In this document: positions 28,261 to 38,890 of the stretch, piece by piece
Layout: every line of letters starts with the position of its first letter
Numbering within the stretch: the first letter of the stretch is position 1
Origin: an uncultured Acidobacteriota bacterium
Lineage (GTDB): Bacteria; Acidobacteriota; Thermoanaerobaculia; UBA5066; Gp7-AA6
Length of the DNA stretch: 64,000 nt
Reading direction: 5' to 3'
Assembly: GCA_963764715.1 (NCBI GenBank)
Contig: CAVXTP010000006.1
Span: 452,062 to 516,061 of the forward strand
The notes under the pieces: model-generated
Seen by the model: only the letters and a program-made list of their open reading frames with translations
Databases searched by the model: none
Told to the model about the DNA's origin: nothing
Position numbers and translations under genes: made by a program

Positions 28261-30923
28261 TACTGCCCGCTCTGCTGGATGAGCTTGGCGGCGAGGCCGG
28301 TCCAGCCGGTCTGGTGGCTCGCCCCGATGCCGGCGCCGTTGTCGCCGTGGAAGTACTCGTAGAAGAGGACGTGGTCCTGGAAGTGCGGATCGGTCTGCAG
28401 CTTGTGGGCGCCGCCGAAGACCGGGCGCCGCCCGTCCGCGTCGCGCAGGAAGATGCGGTTGAGCCGCCGCGAGAGCTCCCCCGCCACGTCCCAGAGGTTC
28501 TTCATCTGCCCCGACCCGTAAGGCAGCTCGACCTTGTACTGGTCGCCGAGATAGAAGTGGAACTTCTGGAGCGACTCGATGATCAGGTAGTTGACCGGGA
28601 ACCAGACGGGCCCGCGCCAGTTCGAGTTGCCGCCGAAGAGGCCCGTCGAGGACTCCGCCGGCTCGTAGTCGACGCGGTGCTCCATGCCCATCACGTCGAC
28701 CACGTACGGGTTGTCCTTGTGGTGCCGCGACAGGGCGCGGATGCCGTGGGGCGAGAGGAACTCGCTCTCGTCGAGGAGGTATCGGCAGATCTGCTTCAGC
28801 CGCTGCCGGTCGACGAGCGAGAAGAACCGGCGGACCACGCCGTCCCCGCCGGTCTCGGTCTCGACGTGCTGGGCGAAGTCCGGGCGGTTCTCCAGGAACC
28901 ACTGCATGCGCCGCTTGAAGCCCGGCAGCCTGTCGACCGTCTCGGAGGAGAGCGTCTCGACGGCGAAGAGCGGGATCAGTCCCACCATCGACCGGACCTT
29001 CATCGGGAACTTGCGTCCGTCCGGAAGATCCAGGACGTCGTAGAAGAAGCCGTCCTCGCGGTTCCAGAGCTCGATGCCCTCACCGCCGATGTTGTTCATC
29101 GCCCGGCAGATGTAGACGAAGTGCTCGAAGAACTTGGAGGCGACGTCCTCGTACGCCGAGTCGTCCCTCGCGAGCTCGAGGGCGATCGCGAGCATGTTGA
29201 GGCAGTACATGCCCATCCAGCTCGTCGCGTCGGACTGCTCGATGTGGCCGCCGGTCGGCAGCGGCGCCGAGCGGTCGAAGACGCCGATGTTGTCGAGGCC
29301 CAGGAAGCCGCCCTGGAAGACGTTCTTGCCCTCGGCGTCCTTGCGGTTGATCCACCAGGTGAAGTTCAGGAGGAGCTTGTGGAAGACCCGCTCGAGGAAC
29401 TTCCGGTCGCCCTTGCCCGTCCGCTTCTTGTCGATCTTGTAGACGCGCCACGCGGACCACGCGTGCACGGGCGGGTTCACGTCGCCGAAGGCCCACTCGT
29501 ACGCCGGGAGCTGGCCGTTGGGGTGCATGTACCACTCCCGCAGGAGGAGCACGAGCTGCTGCTTGGCGAAGTCGGGGTCGACGAGCGCGAGCGGGATGCA
29601 GTGGAACGCGAGGTCCCACGCGGCGTACCAGGGGTACTCCCACTTGTCCGGCATCGAGACGACGTCGGCGTTGAAGAGATGGGTCCAGTCGGCGTTGCGG
29701 CCGTGGAGCCGCTCCTTCGGGGGCTCGGGGCCCTGCGGATCGCCGCGCAGCCAGCGGGCCACGTCGTAGTGGTAGAACTGCTTGGACCACAGCATGCCGG
29801 CGAAGGCCTGGCGCTGGACGGCGCGCGCGTCCTCCGAGAGGTCCGGTGTGGCGAGCGTGTCGTAGAAGGCGTTGGCCTCGCGGATGCGCTCCTCGAACGT
29901 CGCGTCGAACTCGGGTCCGAAGGGCTGGTCCGGGGCCGCGGACCGCGACAGGCGCAGGCGGATGACCGCCGAGCCTTCGGCCGGGACGGTCAGGACGTAG
30001 CGGGCCGCGCCCTTCGATCCGACGCCATCGGGGTTGACCGCTTCCTTCACGCCGTGGACGACGTACTCGTGGAGGCCGTCCTTGACGTGCGGCGAGTCGT
30101 TCTCGGTGTTCCAGAGGCGCCGGGCGTTCGATTCGTTCTCGGTGAAGAGAAGCTCGGGCGACCCCTCGCACTGGAGGGCGAGGCGGCCGTAGTACTCGCT
30201 GTCGACGTCGATCGTCGCGTACCCGGAGTGGGCCTCCCCCGCCCGCAGCCGCTGCCGGCGCGCGCCGAGGCCCCAGGACCACGTGTTGCGGAACCAGATC
30301 GTCGGCAGGACGTGGACCGTCGCCTCCTCGGGCCCGCGGTTGAAGACCCGCACGCGGACGAGGATGTCGTCGGGCGACACCTTCGCGTACTCGGTGAAGA
30401 CGTCGAAGTAGCGGTCGTCGTCGAAGATGCCGGTGTCGACGAGCTCGAACTCGGGGTCCCGCCGGGAGCGGCGCCGGTTCTCGTCGAGGAGCCACTGGTA
30501 CGGGAACTCGCGCTGCGGGTACTTGTACAGCGCCTTCATGTAGGAGTGCGTGGGCGTCGAGTCGAGGTAGTAGTAGCACTCCTTGACGTCCTCGCCGTGG
30601 TTGCCCTGCGAGCCCGTCAGCCCGAAGAGGCGCTCCTTCAAGATCGGGTCCTTCCCGTTCCAGAGCGCGATCGCGAAGCAGACGTACTGGTGGCGGTCGG
30701 AGATGCCCATGAGGCCGTCTTCGCCCCAGCGGTAGGTCCGCGAGCGCGCGTGCTCGTGCGGGAACGAGTCCCAGGCCGTGCCGTGCGGGCTGTAGTCCTC
30801 GCGCACGGTGCCCCACTGCCGCTCCGACAGGTAGGGCCCCCAGCGCTTCCAGTTCTTCGCGCGCTTGACGTCCTCGTCGAGGCGAAGGCGCTCGGGGTCG
30901 AGGGCGGGTCTCTTGTCGGTCAT
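28260..30923 (-). CDS. MGH1-like glycoside hydrolase (GH63 / glucosidase)
   Basis: [58 protein letters not shown]. Confidence 0.92.
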   Translation of the reverse strand: MTDKRPALDPERLRLDEDVKRAKNWKRWGPYLSERQWGTVREDYSPHGTAWDSFPHEHARSRTYRWGEDGLMGISDRHQYVCFAIALWNGKDPILKERLFGLTGSQGNHGEDVKECYYYLDSTPTHSYMKALYKYPQREFPYQWLLDENRRRSRRDPEFELVDTGIFDDDRYFDVFTEYAKVSPDDILVRVRVFNRGPEEATVHVLPTIWFRNTWSWGLGARRQRLRAGEAHSGYATIDVDSEYYGRLALQCEGSPELLFTENESNARRLWNTENDSPHVKDGLHEYVVHGVKEAVNPDGVGSKGAARYVLTVPAEGSAVIRLRLSRSAAPDQPFGPEFDATFEERIREANAFYDTLATPDLSEDARAVQRQAFAGMLWSKQFYHYDVARWLRGDPQGPEPPKERLHGRNADWTHLFNADVVSMPDKWEYPWYAAWDLAFHCIPLALVDPDFAKQQLVLLLREWYMHPNGQLPAYEWAFGDVNPPVHAWSAWRVYKIDKKRTGKGDRKFLERVFHKLLLNFTWWINRKDAEGKNVFQGGFLGLDNIGVFDRSAPLPTGGHIEQSDATSWMGMYCLNMLAIALELARDDSAYEDVASKFFEHFVYICRAMNNIGGEGIELWNREDGFFYDVLDLPDGRKFPMKVRSMVGLIPLFAVETLSSETVDRLPGFKRRMQWFLENRPDFAQHVETETGGDGVVRRFFSLVDRQRLKQICRYLLDESEFLSPHGIRALSRHHKDNPYVVDVMGMEHRVDYEPAESSTGLFGGNSNWRGPVWFPVNYLIIESLQKFHFYLGDQYKVELPYGSGQMKNLWDVAGELSRRLNRIFLRDADGRRPVFGGAHKLQTDPHFQDHVLFYEYFHGDNGAGIGASHQTGWTGLAAKLIQQSGQ

Positions 30924-32930
30924 CTGCGAGCTTTGGATGCCGCGCCGCGCCCGGCGTGTCGGGGCGGACCGGCCGCCTTCGCCGGAACGGGAGCAGCGGC
31001 CGGCTCGGCGAGGACCACCCGATCGAGCCGCAGCAGCTCGCCGAGCGACCAGGCCTGGAAGGGGCAGCCCCGAGGGGTGTGCGGGGGGTCGGCGTCGGCG
31101 ATCTCGGAGACGTGGCCGAGGCCGGCCTCGTCGAGGTGGGCGAAGAGCGGCGCCAGGAAGCGCTCGCGCGCCTCGCGGATGACGGTCGCGCCGCCCCCGC
31201 GCACGCGGACCCAGGCCTCGGCAAAGGCGCCCTGGAGGAACGGCCAGACGGTCCCCTGGTGGTACGCGCCGTCGCGCTCGAGCGGCCCCCCGACGTAGTG
31301 CGGGTGGTAGTCCGGATGCCCGGGCGGCAGCGTCCGCGGTCCGAGGGGTGTCGCGAGGCGCGCCTCGACGGCGTCGACGATCCGACGCGCGCGCTCGCCC
31401 GTCACGAGCGGGAAGGGCAGGCCGCCGACGGCGAAGACCTGGTTCGGCCGGAGCGTCGGATCGGCGGTCCCGGGACGGTGGTCCACGTCGACCACGTCGT
31501 GGAGGCAGCCCGCCTCCTCGTTCCAGAATCGCTTCTCGAAGGATTCCGTGGCGCGGGCGAGCAGGTCCCGGAAGCCGGCGGAGAAGCCGTCGGCGATCTT
31601 GAGGGCGTTGATCCAGAGCGCCTGGATTTCGACGGGCTTGCCGATGCGCGGCGTGACGACCCAGTCGCCGACCTTGGCGTCCATCCAGGTCAGCTGGACG
31701 CCGGGCTCTCCCGCCGCGAGCAGGCCGTCGGCGTCGGCACGGATCCCGTAGCGGGTGCCCCTCGCGTAGCCCGAGAGGATCGCTCCGAAGGCGTCCTGGA
31801 GGGCGGTCCGCTCGGAGCCGGTGACGCGGCGGCCGGAAGCGGCGCGGGCCTGGAAGTACTCGTGCACGGCGACGAGGTACCAGAGCGATGCGTCGACCGA
31901 GTTGAATTCGGGCTGAATTTTTCCGTCGGGAAAGAGGTTCGGCAGCATGCCCTCCGAGACGGCCCCCGCCCACTGGACGAGGATCTGCCCCGCTTCGTCG
32001 AGGCGGCCGGTCGCGAGGCACAGGCCGCGGAGGGCGATGAAGGTGTCGCGCCCCCAGTCGGTGAACCACGGGTAGCCGGCGACCACGGTCCGGCCCTCGC
32101 CGCGGCGAACGAGGTAGGCGTCGGCCGAGCGTTGGAGGCGGTCCGGGAACGCGGCGCGGCGCGAGCGCTCGGAGCTCCGGAGCGCCTCGAGCGCGGCCTC
32201 CGCCGTGCCGGTGCCGAGGACCGCGTCGTGCCCGTCGGCCGACATGAGCCAGACCGCCTCGCCGCGGGCGAGGTCGAACTTCAGGCTGCCCGGCGACGCG
32301 AGGTCCTCGGAGAAATCGAGGCCGCGGGAACGCTCTTCGGCGTAGAGGAAGTTGCGGTACCAGTCCGGGGAGTGCTCGTAGTGGCCGTTCGATAGCATCG
32401 TGACGGCGGGCTGGTTTCCGTAAGGGCGAAAGCGCAGACGGCCTTCCGCCTGCCGATTCGGGCTCGAAGCGAAAATCTCCGTTCTCGTGGTGCAGGGAGT
32501 GATAGTCGCGCCCCGAGAGGAAGGGCCGGACCTCGAGTGTGACGGCGCCCGTCCCGGACAGGAGCTTCCAGGCGACGGCGGCGGCGGAGGCGCCCTTCGG
32601 GACCACGATCTCCTGCGCGATGCGCGTGCCGTCCGGGAGGGTGAAGGTCCAGCGGGGCCAGGGCTCGAGCGTGAAGCCGTCGGCCCGCGACGCGCCGTCG
32701 GGATAGGTCACGTCGGGGTTGTAGGTCTGCGAGGTGATGGCGTGGCGGCCCGACGACGTCGTGACCCAGGCGTCGAACCCGTTGACGAGAACGACGCGCC
32801 CCGTCGGCGGCGTCGTGGCGGTCAGGAGAAGCGCGTGGTAGCGGCGGGTCCGGATGCCGGCGACCGTGCCGGAGGCGAAACCGCCGAGGCCGTCCGCTTC
32901 GAGCCACTCCCGGGTCAGGGCGTCGCTCAT
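30920..32930 (-). CDS. Glycogen debranching enzyme / amylo-alpha-1,6-glucosidase (frameshift at about 32410-32450)
   Basis: [23 protein letters not shown] in one frame; [38 protein letters not shown] in the next. Confidence 0.9.
30933..30960 (-). promoter_or_regulatory. ECF-type promoter motif (variant) upstream of GH63
   Basis: GACACG-N15-CATCCAA, 9 nt before the ATG. Confidence 0.45.
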
Positions 32931-32949
32931 CGGCAAAGGCTATCCCGTC

Positions 32950-33183
32950 TCACGCGGCGCCGGCCGGCGAAGCGGCGAGGCCGCGCGACCGGGAGAGCTC
33001 GATGCGCACCGGCCGGATCGCCACCCGGCCGCAGGCGCATCCGAAGACGTCGGCGAGGATCCCGGGGAACTCGTCGTCCCGCGCGTAGGGCCCGTCGCCC
33101 GCCCAGTTCAGATCCAGCCGGTCGATCTGCGGCCGCATCTCGCCTCCACAGCCCAGGCACCGCACTTCGTCCGCGTTCGGCAT
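32950..33183 (-). CDS. Small putative zinc-ribbon hypothetical protein
   Basis: CLGC and CACG motifs, G-rich RBS, ECF-like promoter upstream. Confidence 0.5.
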   Translation of the reverse strand: MPNADEVRCLGCGGEMRPQIDRLDLNWAGDGPYARDDEFPGILADVFGCACGRVAIRPVRIELSRSRGLAASPAGAA

Positions 33184-33203
33184 CCATCACCCCCTCGTCC
33201 CCC

Positions 33204-33231
33204 TTCGATGCCGCCCCCACCCTCCCGTTTC
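33204..33231 (-). promoter_or_regulatory. ECF-type promoter motif upstream of the zinc-ribbon/debranching operon
   Basis: GAAACG-N15-CATCGAA. Confidence 0.6.
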
Positions 33232-33324
33232 CTGGGGTCAGCCCTGCAATTCTGAATTGTTGGTCCGAAAGATTCAGAAATTCAGGTCAGGCCCCCAGGA
33301 CTTCAGAAATGCAGGGCTGACCCT
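33231..33324. repeat. Cluster of three REP-like GGGGTCAG-family copies
   Basis: Forward cctggggtcagccctgcaattctgaa (33231-33256); reverse copies at 33273-33299 and 33302-33324. Confidence 0.85.
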
Positions 33325-33331
33325 ACTGGAC

Positions 33332-34315
33332 CTACTGGACGAGCTGGAGGAGGTGGCCGTCGGGGTCGGCGGCGAGGAGGGCGCGGGAGAAGCCGAGGAC
33401 CGGGGACGGGACGGCGACGAGGCCGGGCGAGAGGAAGCCGGCGCGGGCGGCGGCGAGGGCCTTCTCGGCCGCGCCGGCGTCGCGGACGCGAAGCTCCGTC
33501 TGCCAGGCGACGAGGTCGTTCGAGCGGATGTCCGGCGGACGCGGGCGTCCGTCCGACGGGGCGAGGTACTCGAGGAACTCGATCCCCGGCCCCTGCGCCG
33601 CCCGCAGCGCCGTGATCCGCAGGCGCGCGCCGAAGACGGCGTTGAGGTGCTCCTGCTCGGTGCCGTAGTTTTCGGCGCCCCCCGCAACCTTCAGCCCGAG
33701 CGTGTCCCGGTAGAACCCGAGACTCTTCTCTGTGTCGGACACGACGATCGCCGTGTGGTCGATCCCGAGGAAGAGCCGCCCCTTCTCCTGCCACCGCGGC
33801 TCGCCCTTTCCCGGCGGAAACGCCAGGACCTCGAGGGCGTGGCCGTCCGGGTCCTTGAAGTAGAAAGCCTCGATTCCGCCGGAGTTGGGGTTCCAGTCCG
33901 GAAGCTTCTGCGGGCCGCTCGAGGCGTGCCGCACGCGGTGCTCGCGCAGCCGGGCGTACGCTTTCGCCATGTCGGACACGATGATCGCGACGTGCTGGAA
34001 CCAGCGGTCGTTGGAACGCGAGTCGACCGGAACGGGGCGGCCCTCGGGCGCGAGATATTCGACGAGCTCGATCCGCTCGGAGCCCAGGCGCATCGTCGCC
34101 GATCGCATGCGAAGCCCGAAGACCCCCTCGAGGCGCTCCCAGGCCTCTCCGGCGAGCTCGACTTCGCCGACCTTCTCGAAGTCGAGCACCCCGGAGTAGA
34201 ACGCGACCGACCGGTCGAGGTCGGAGACTGGGATCGTCACCGAGTCGACGGCCGTAACGAGGGGCTGGCCCGGCGCGGCCGCCGCCGCCGCGAGGACGAG
34301 AAGCGCGACCGCCAT
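33332..34315 (-). CDS. Secreted VOC (glyoxalase) family protein, two domains
   Basis: Signal peptide, VSDLDRSVAFY, ELVEY, QHVAIIVSD, DPDGH, GIDHTAI. Confidence 0.85.
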   Translation of the reverse strand: MAVALLVLAAAAAAPGQPLVTAVDSVTIPVSDLDRSVAFYSGVLDFEKVGEVELAGEAWERLEGVFGLRMRSATMRLGSERIELVEYLAPEGRPVPVDSRSNDRWFQHVAIIVSDMAKAYARLREHRVRHASSGPQKLPDWNPNSGGIEAFYFKDPDGHALEVLAFPPGKGEPRWQEKGRLFLGIDHTAIVVSDTEKSLGFYRDTLGLKVAGGAENYGTEQEHLNAVFGARLRITALRAAQGPGIEFLEYLAPSDGRPRPPDIRSNDLVAWQTELRVRDAGAAEKALAAARAGFLSPGLVAVPSPVLGFSRALLAADPDGHLLQLVQ

Positions 34316-34335
34316 GAGCCGGGCCCGCGCCCGCC

Positions 34336-35904
34336 TCACGCCAGCCGCTCCTTCAGGTGCTCGCCGACCCGCAGGGCGTTGGCGATGATCGTCAGCGCCG
34401 GATTCACGGCCGCCGAGGACGGGAAGAAGCCGCCGTCGACCACGTAGAGGTTGTCGAGGTCGTGGGCCTTGCAGTTCACGTCGAGAACCGAGGCCTTCGG
34501 GTCCCGCCCAAACCGCAGCGTGCCGTTCTGGTGGGCCACGCCCGCGAGCGGGATCTTCTCGCCGAGGAAGAGGCTTCGTCCGAAGAGGCCGACGTGGCAC
34601 GAGTCGCCGTGCATCGAGCACTTGCGCTGCTTCTGCATCGCGTTCTGCAGGGTCGCGCGCAGGCGCTCGTGCGCGGTCACATTGTTGGGCTGGTACTTCA
34701 GGACGACGTTCCCGTCGCGGTCGAGCGTCACGCGGTTCTCGGGGTCCGGCAGGTCCTCCGAGGTCAGCCAGAAGTCGAGCGAGTGCTTCGCCATCATTTC
34801 GAGCGTGAACCCCGGAGCGATCGCCGGGGCGCCCGCCGAGAGCGCCACCCCGTCGAGCTTGCCGACGAAGGAGATGTGGCCCATCGGGTAGCCCCACTCC
34901 TTCGACGCGAAGTAGTAGTCGTTGACGCCGAGCGTCTTCTGGAAGACGGTCGGGTTCGGGCAGCGCGAGATCGCGAGCAGGACCGAGTTGACGTGCCCCA
35001 TGTAGTGCCGCCCGACGACGTCGCTCGAGTTGGCGAGGCCCTTCGGGTGCCGGTCGTTCGCGGACCGGAGCAGCAGCGCGGCCGAGTTGATCGCCCCGCA
35101 GGAGACGACGACGACGTCGGCCGTGTACTCCTCGGCGACGCCTTCGCGCTCGACCGAGACCTTCGTCACGCGCCGGCCCCCGGCGTCGGTGTGGAGGCGG
35201 GTGACCTTCGCGCCCGTCCGGAGAGTCACGTTCGGGTGCGCGAGCGCCGGGTCGACGCAGCACACCTGGGCGTCCGCCTTGGCCTGCACGAGGCACGGGA
35301 ACCCGTCGCAGGACTCGCACCGGATGCACTTCGACGCGCGGCGGTCCTTCTCGTTCAGCATGATGCCGAGCGGCACGTGGAAGGGGCGCAGGCCCTGCTG
35401 CTGGAAGTCGTCCGAGAGGTCCTGGATGCGGGGCTCGTGCGAGACGGCGGGGTGCGGGAACGGGCCCGAGGCCGGCGGCTCCGTCGGGTCTTCGCCCCGT
35501 GTGCCGTGGACGCGGTAGAGCTCCTCGGCCTTCGCGTACCAGGGCTCCATCTCCGCGTAGGAGATCGGCCACGCGGGCGAAATGCCGCCGTGATGCCGGA
35601 CCTCGCCGAAGTCCTCGCGGCGCAGGCGAAAGAGCGCGGCGCCGTAGAACTTGGTGTTTCCCCCGACCCAGTAGTTGGTGTGGGGATGGAGCGGCTTGCC
35701 GTCCTTGTCGCGCCAGACCTCCTTGGTCGCGTACTTGCCGTCGACGTTGACGGCCTTCGAGCTCCAGTTGTCCTTTTCGCGGGGAACGAAGTCTCCGCGC
35801 TCGAGCACCAGGATCCTCTTGCCCGTCGGCGCGAGCGACCAGAGCAGCGTCCCGCCGCCGGCGCCCGTCCCGATGATGATCACGTCGTAGTGATTCGCGG
35901 ACAT
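34336..35904 (-). CDS. GMC family oxidoreductase
   Basis: YDVIIIGTGAGGG, VGGNTKFYGAAL, CIRCESCDGFPC, AHQNGTLRFG, SAAVNPALTI. Confidence 0.93.
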   Translation of the reverse strand: MSANHYDVIIIGTGAGGGTLLWSLAPTGKRILVLERGDFVPREKDNWSSKAVNVDGKYATKEVWRDKDGKPLHPHTNYWVGGNTKFYGAALFRLRREDFGEVRHHGGISPAWPISYAEMEPWYAKAEELYRVHGTRGEDPTEPPASGPFPHPAVSHEPRIQDLSDDFQQQGLRPFHVPLGIMLNEKDRRASKCIRCESCDGFPCLVQAKADAQVCCVDPALAHPNVTLRTGAKVTRLHTDAGGRRVTKVSVEREGVAEEYTADVVVVSCGAINSAALLLRSANDRHPKGLANSSDVVGRHYMGHVNSVLLAISRCPNPTVFQKTLGVNDYYFASKEWGYPMGHISFVGKLDGVALSAGAPAIAPGFTLEMMAKHSLDFWLTSEDLPDPENRVTLDRDGNVVLKYQPNNVTAHERLRATLQNAMQKQRKCSMHGDSCHVGLFGRSLFLGEKIPLAGVAHQNGTLRFGRDPKASVLDVNCKAHDLDNLYVVDGGFFPSSAAVNPALTIIANALRVGEHLKERLA

Positions 35905-36794
35905 CAGCGTCCCCTTTCCCCCGCCGAAGCGGCCGGCGGCCCGCACTGGCGGTAGCCGCACCGGAAGATGCATCGATGCTCGTTTTCGTGGTGGAGCTTG
36001 GCGCAGAGAACCGGGCGCGCCCCGGAAAGCCGCAGGCGGGCCTCGGCCGCCGCGAGCATGCCGATCGGCGGCGCCACGAAGTAGATCCAGAGGTGGTCCC
36101 ACCGCATCGCGGCCGCCGCCGAGCCGAAGGTCCGCGCCGGGTTCATGCTCATGCCGGAGATCGGGGCCTCGAACGTGATGAAGAGCGCCACGCAGGCGCC
36201 GGCGGCGAGGCCCGTGAAGCGATTCGTCCGCGGATCGTTCGAGACCGCGAGCACGACGGTCATGAGGATGAACGTGATGAGGACTTCGGCCCCGAACGCG
36301 CGCGCGAGGCCGGCCGGCCCGGGGAGCGTGACGGCGAAGTTGACGGCCGGATGCCGCACCGCGGCGGACAGGAAAGCGCCGGCGACGACGCAGCCGCCGA
36401 ACGCGCCACCAAATTGCGCGACTGCGTAGAAGAGCGCGTCCGGCGCCTCCACCTTGCCGAGCCGCAGGAACGTCAGCGTCGTGGCGGGATTGATGTGCGC
36501 CCCGCTCCGCTTCCCCCATCCCGAGTAGATGATCGCGACCGCCGTCGTCCCCATGGCCAGGCCCATCAGCGCCCGGCGGACGAAGGGATCCGGCAGGGCG
36601 GCGTGGACGGCCGATCCGGGATGCTCGAGGAGCGCGGCGAACACGCAGGCCGACACCATGAAGAGCCCGAGGAGGGCTCCTTCCATCAGGTATTCGGGCC
36701 AGTGGGCTCGCAGCGCCCCGGCCAGGGCGCCGGCCGCTGGCGCCCGACCGGCCGGGGCCGCCGGAGCATCGAAGGATTCCCGCAGGGCCGTCAC
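35904..36794 (-). CDS. MIP/aquaporin family protein with Cys/His-rich C-terminus (start uncertain)
   Basis: SGAHINPA and GMSMNPART NPA motifs; tail CAKLHHENEHRCIFRCGY. Confidence 0.9.
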   Translation of the reverse strand: MTALRESFDAPAAPAGRAPAAGALAGALRAHWPEYLMEGALLGLFMVSACVFAALLEHPGSAVHAALPDPFVRRALMGLAMGTTAVAIIYSGWGKRSGAHINPATTLTFLRLGKVEAPDALFYAVAQFGGAFGGCVVAGAFLSAAVRHPAVNFAVTLPGPAGLARAFGAEVLITFILMTVVLAVSNDPRTNRFTGLAAGACVALFITFEAPISGMSMNPARTFGSAAAAMRWDHLWIYFVAPPIGMLAAAEARLRLSGARPVLCAKLHHENEHRCIFRCGYRQCGPPAASAGERGR

Positions 36795-36802
36795 AATGGC
36801 GC

Positions 36803-36831
36803 TTGGATGTCCGGGAAGACCGGGCGGTTTC
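36803..36831 (-). promoter_or_regulatory. ECF-type promoter motif upstream of the aquaporin-GMC-VOC operon
   Basis: GAAACC-N16-CATCCAA, 8 nt before the GTG. Confidence 0.6.
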
Positions 36832-36888
36832 GGGACGCGGGCGATCCTGAACGCCGGTGGTAGCATCCCGCGCGGCGATTTCACGAAA

Positions 36889-38658
36889 ATGCCGTTGCTT
36901 TCGTCCTCCGAGCTCCCCCCGGACTTCCCTCCGCTGCGCGCTCTTCGGGAGCGCCTCGGATTCGTTCCCTCGATCTTCCCGGCCCAGGGTCTGCTGCCGC
37001 GCGCGGTCGAGGCCCAGGCCGCTCTCCTTCGCTCCATCCTCATCGAGCCCGGGGCGCTCACCTGGGCCCGCAAGGAGGAGATCCTCGTCACCGTGGCGGC
37101 GGCGCGCCGAAATCGATACTGCCTCGCCGTCCATGCCCGCGTCCTGGAAACGCTGGGCTGCCCGACCTCGGAGATCGCGGCGCTCGCGGCCGGCCGGTTG
37201 GTGGACTTCGAGGAGCGTCGCGCGGCCGTCCTCGATCTTGCGGTCCGCCTCGCCGTCTCGCCCTTCTCGACCGGCTCCGCGGACGTGGAGCGCCTGCGGG
37301 GACTCGGCCTCCCGGATGAGGAGATCCTCGAAACAGTCCAGACGGCCGCGCTGGCCGGCCTCCTCTGCGCGCTCTCGACGGGGCTCGCGCCGGACCCCGA
37401 CGTCGACCTCGACTCCGCGGTCCTCTCCGCCGTGAAGGCGACGGCGGCGACCCCGCCACCGGTGTTTGCCCCCCGAGTCCCCGGCGGGTACCTGCGTTCG
37501 GTTCCCCTCGCTCCCGACGCCTTTGCCCCGTTCGCGGAGCTCAAGAGCCGCTTTGGCTTCGTTCCCGCGCTCTTTCGGGCCCAGACCCTGAAGCCCGAAG
37601 CTCTCGAGGCCGAGGTCCAGGCCCTCCGGGAGATCCTGTGGACGGACGACCTGCTGAGCCGAACGCAGAAGGAGCTCATTCACCTCGTCGTCTCGGCCTG
37701 TCACCTCGACACCTACGGGGTCGCGCTGCACACCGAGCTGCTGCGCGGCGTCGGGGTGAATCCCGATGGGTCGGACCGGATTGTCTCGACTCGCCGGGAC
37801 TCCGACCTCGCCGCCGCGGACGCGGCCCTTCTCGACTTCTCCTGGAAGCTCGCGGCGAATCCGCAGGACTATGGCGAAGCCGACGTCGCGGCGCTCCGCG
37901 CGTTCGGATTCTCGGACGCGCAGATCCTCGAAGCGATCGTGGCCTCGTCCTTTGCCTCGTTCCTGGCGACGCTCGCCGGCGGGCTGAACCCGAAGCCGGA
38001 CTTCAAGCCCCGCCGCGACCTCGTGGCCGAGCACGCCGCAGCCGCCGCCCGCGAAGTCGAACGCGTCGCCGACCCCGACGCCGAACTCGTCGCGCGCGCG
38101 CGGACGGGCGACGTCGGCGCGTTCGAAGACCTCCTGCGCCGACACCAGGCGCGCATCTATCGAACGCTCGCCGGCCTGACGGGCAACGCCGAGGACGCCG
38201 AGGACTGCTGCCAGTCGGCGTTCGTCAAGGCGTTTCGGAAGATCGGCGACTTCGCGGGAGCGGCGCGCTTCTCGACGTGGCTGACGCGCATCGCGATCAA
38301 CGAAGGCATCGAGCGCCTGCGCCGGACACACCCGTCGGAGAGCCTCGACGCGCCCGCCGGGGGCGATGAAGAGTTCCGCCCATCGCTCGGCACGGCCTGG
38401 GTGGATGATCCCGAGCGGCTCTATGCCCGCGAGGAGACGCGCCGGCTCGTCCGCCAGGGGCTCGCCCGGCTCCCGCTCCCCTACCGCGCCGCGGTGATGC
38501 TGCGGGACATCGAACAGCTGTCGACGGCCGAGGCGGCCGCGGTCCTCGATTTGCCCGTGGCGACGCTGAAGACCCGGCTCCTGCGGGGCCGCCTGATGCT
38601 GCGCGAGGCCCTGGCCGATCACTTCGCCGCCGGACCGCCGAGGGGGCGCGATGCTTAG
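36889..38658 (+). CDS. Fusion of two AhpD/CMD (peroxidase-related) domains and an ECF sigma-70 factor
   Basis: GFVPSIF..KEEILVTVA..RYCLAVH and GFVPALFRAQ..KELIHLVVS, followed by DAEDCCQSAFVKAF, FSTWLTRIAIN, LRDIEQLS..TLKTRLLRGR in one uninterrupted ORF. Confidence 0.85.
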   Translation: MPLLSSSELPPDFPPLRALRERLGFVPSIFPAQGLLPRAVEAQAALLRSILIEPGALTWARKEEILVTVAAARRNRYCLAVHARVLETLGCPTSEIAALAAGRLVDFEERRAAVLDLAVRLAVSPFSTGSADVERLRGLGLPDEEILETVQTAALAGLLCALSTGLAPDPDVDLDSAVLSAVKATAATPPPVFAPRVPGGYLRSVPLAPDAFAPFAELKSRFGFVPALFRAQTLKPEALEAEVQALREILWTDDLLSRTQKELIHLVVSACHLDTYGVALHTELLRGVGVNPDGSDRIVSTRRDSDLAAADAALLDFSWKLAANPQDYGEADVAALRAFGFSDAQILEAIVASSFASFLATLAGGLNPKPDFKPRRDLVAEHAAAAAREVERVADPDAELVARARTGDVGAFEDLLRRHQARIYRTLAGLTGNAEDAEDCCQSAFVKAFRKIGDFAGAARFSTWLTRIAINEGIERLRRTHPSESLDAPAGGDEEFRPSLGTAWVDDPERLYAREETRRLVRQGLARLPLPYRAAVMLRDIEQLSTAEAAAVLDLPVATLKTRLLRGRLMLREALADHFAAGPPRGRDA

Positions 38659-38890
38659 CTGCGACGACCTCCGGGCCGAGCTCTCGAACCTCCTCGACGA
38701 CGACGTCCCGCCGGACGTCCGCGGCGATCTCGAGCACCACCTGGCCGAGTGCCGGACCTGCCGGGTCCTCTACGACTCGACCCGGAAGACGATCCGGATC
38801 GTGACCGACGCCGGGGCCTGGGAGGTGCCGGCGGCCGTCTCGGAACGCCTGGCGGCGCGGATCCTCGCGGCGCTCGAGAAATCGAGCTAG
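38651..38890 (+). CDS. zf-HC2 anti-sigma factor (soluble)
   Basis: HLAECRTC (HxxxCxxC); overlaps the stop of the sigma gene. Confidence 0.88.
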   Translation: MLSCDDLRAELSNLLDDDVPPDVRGDLEHHLAECRTCRVLYDSTRKTIRIVTDAGAWEVPAAVSERLAARILAALEKSS

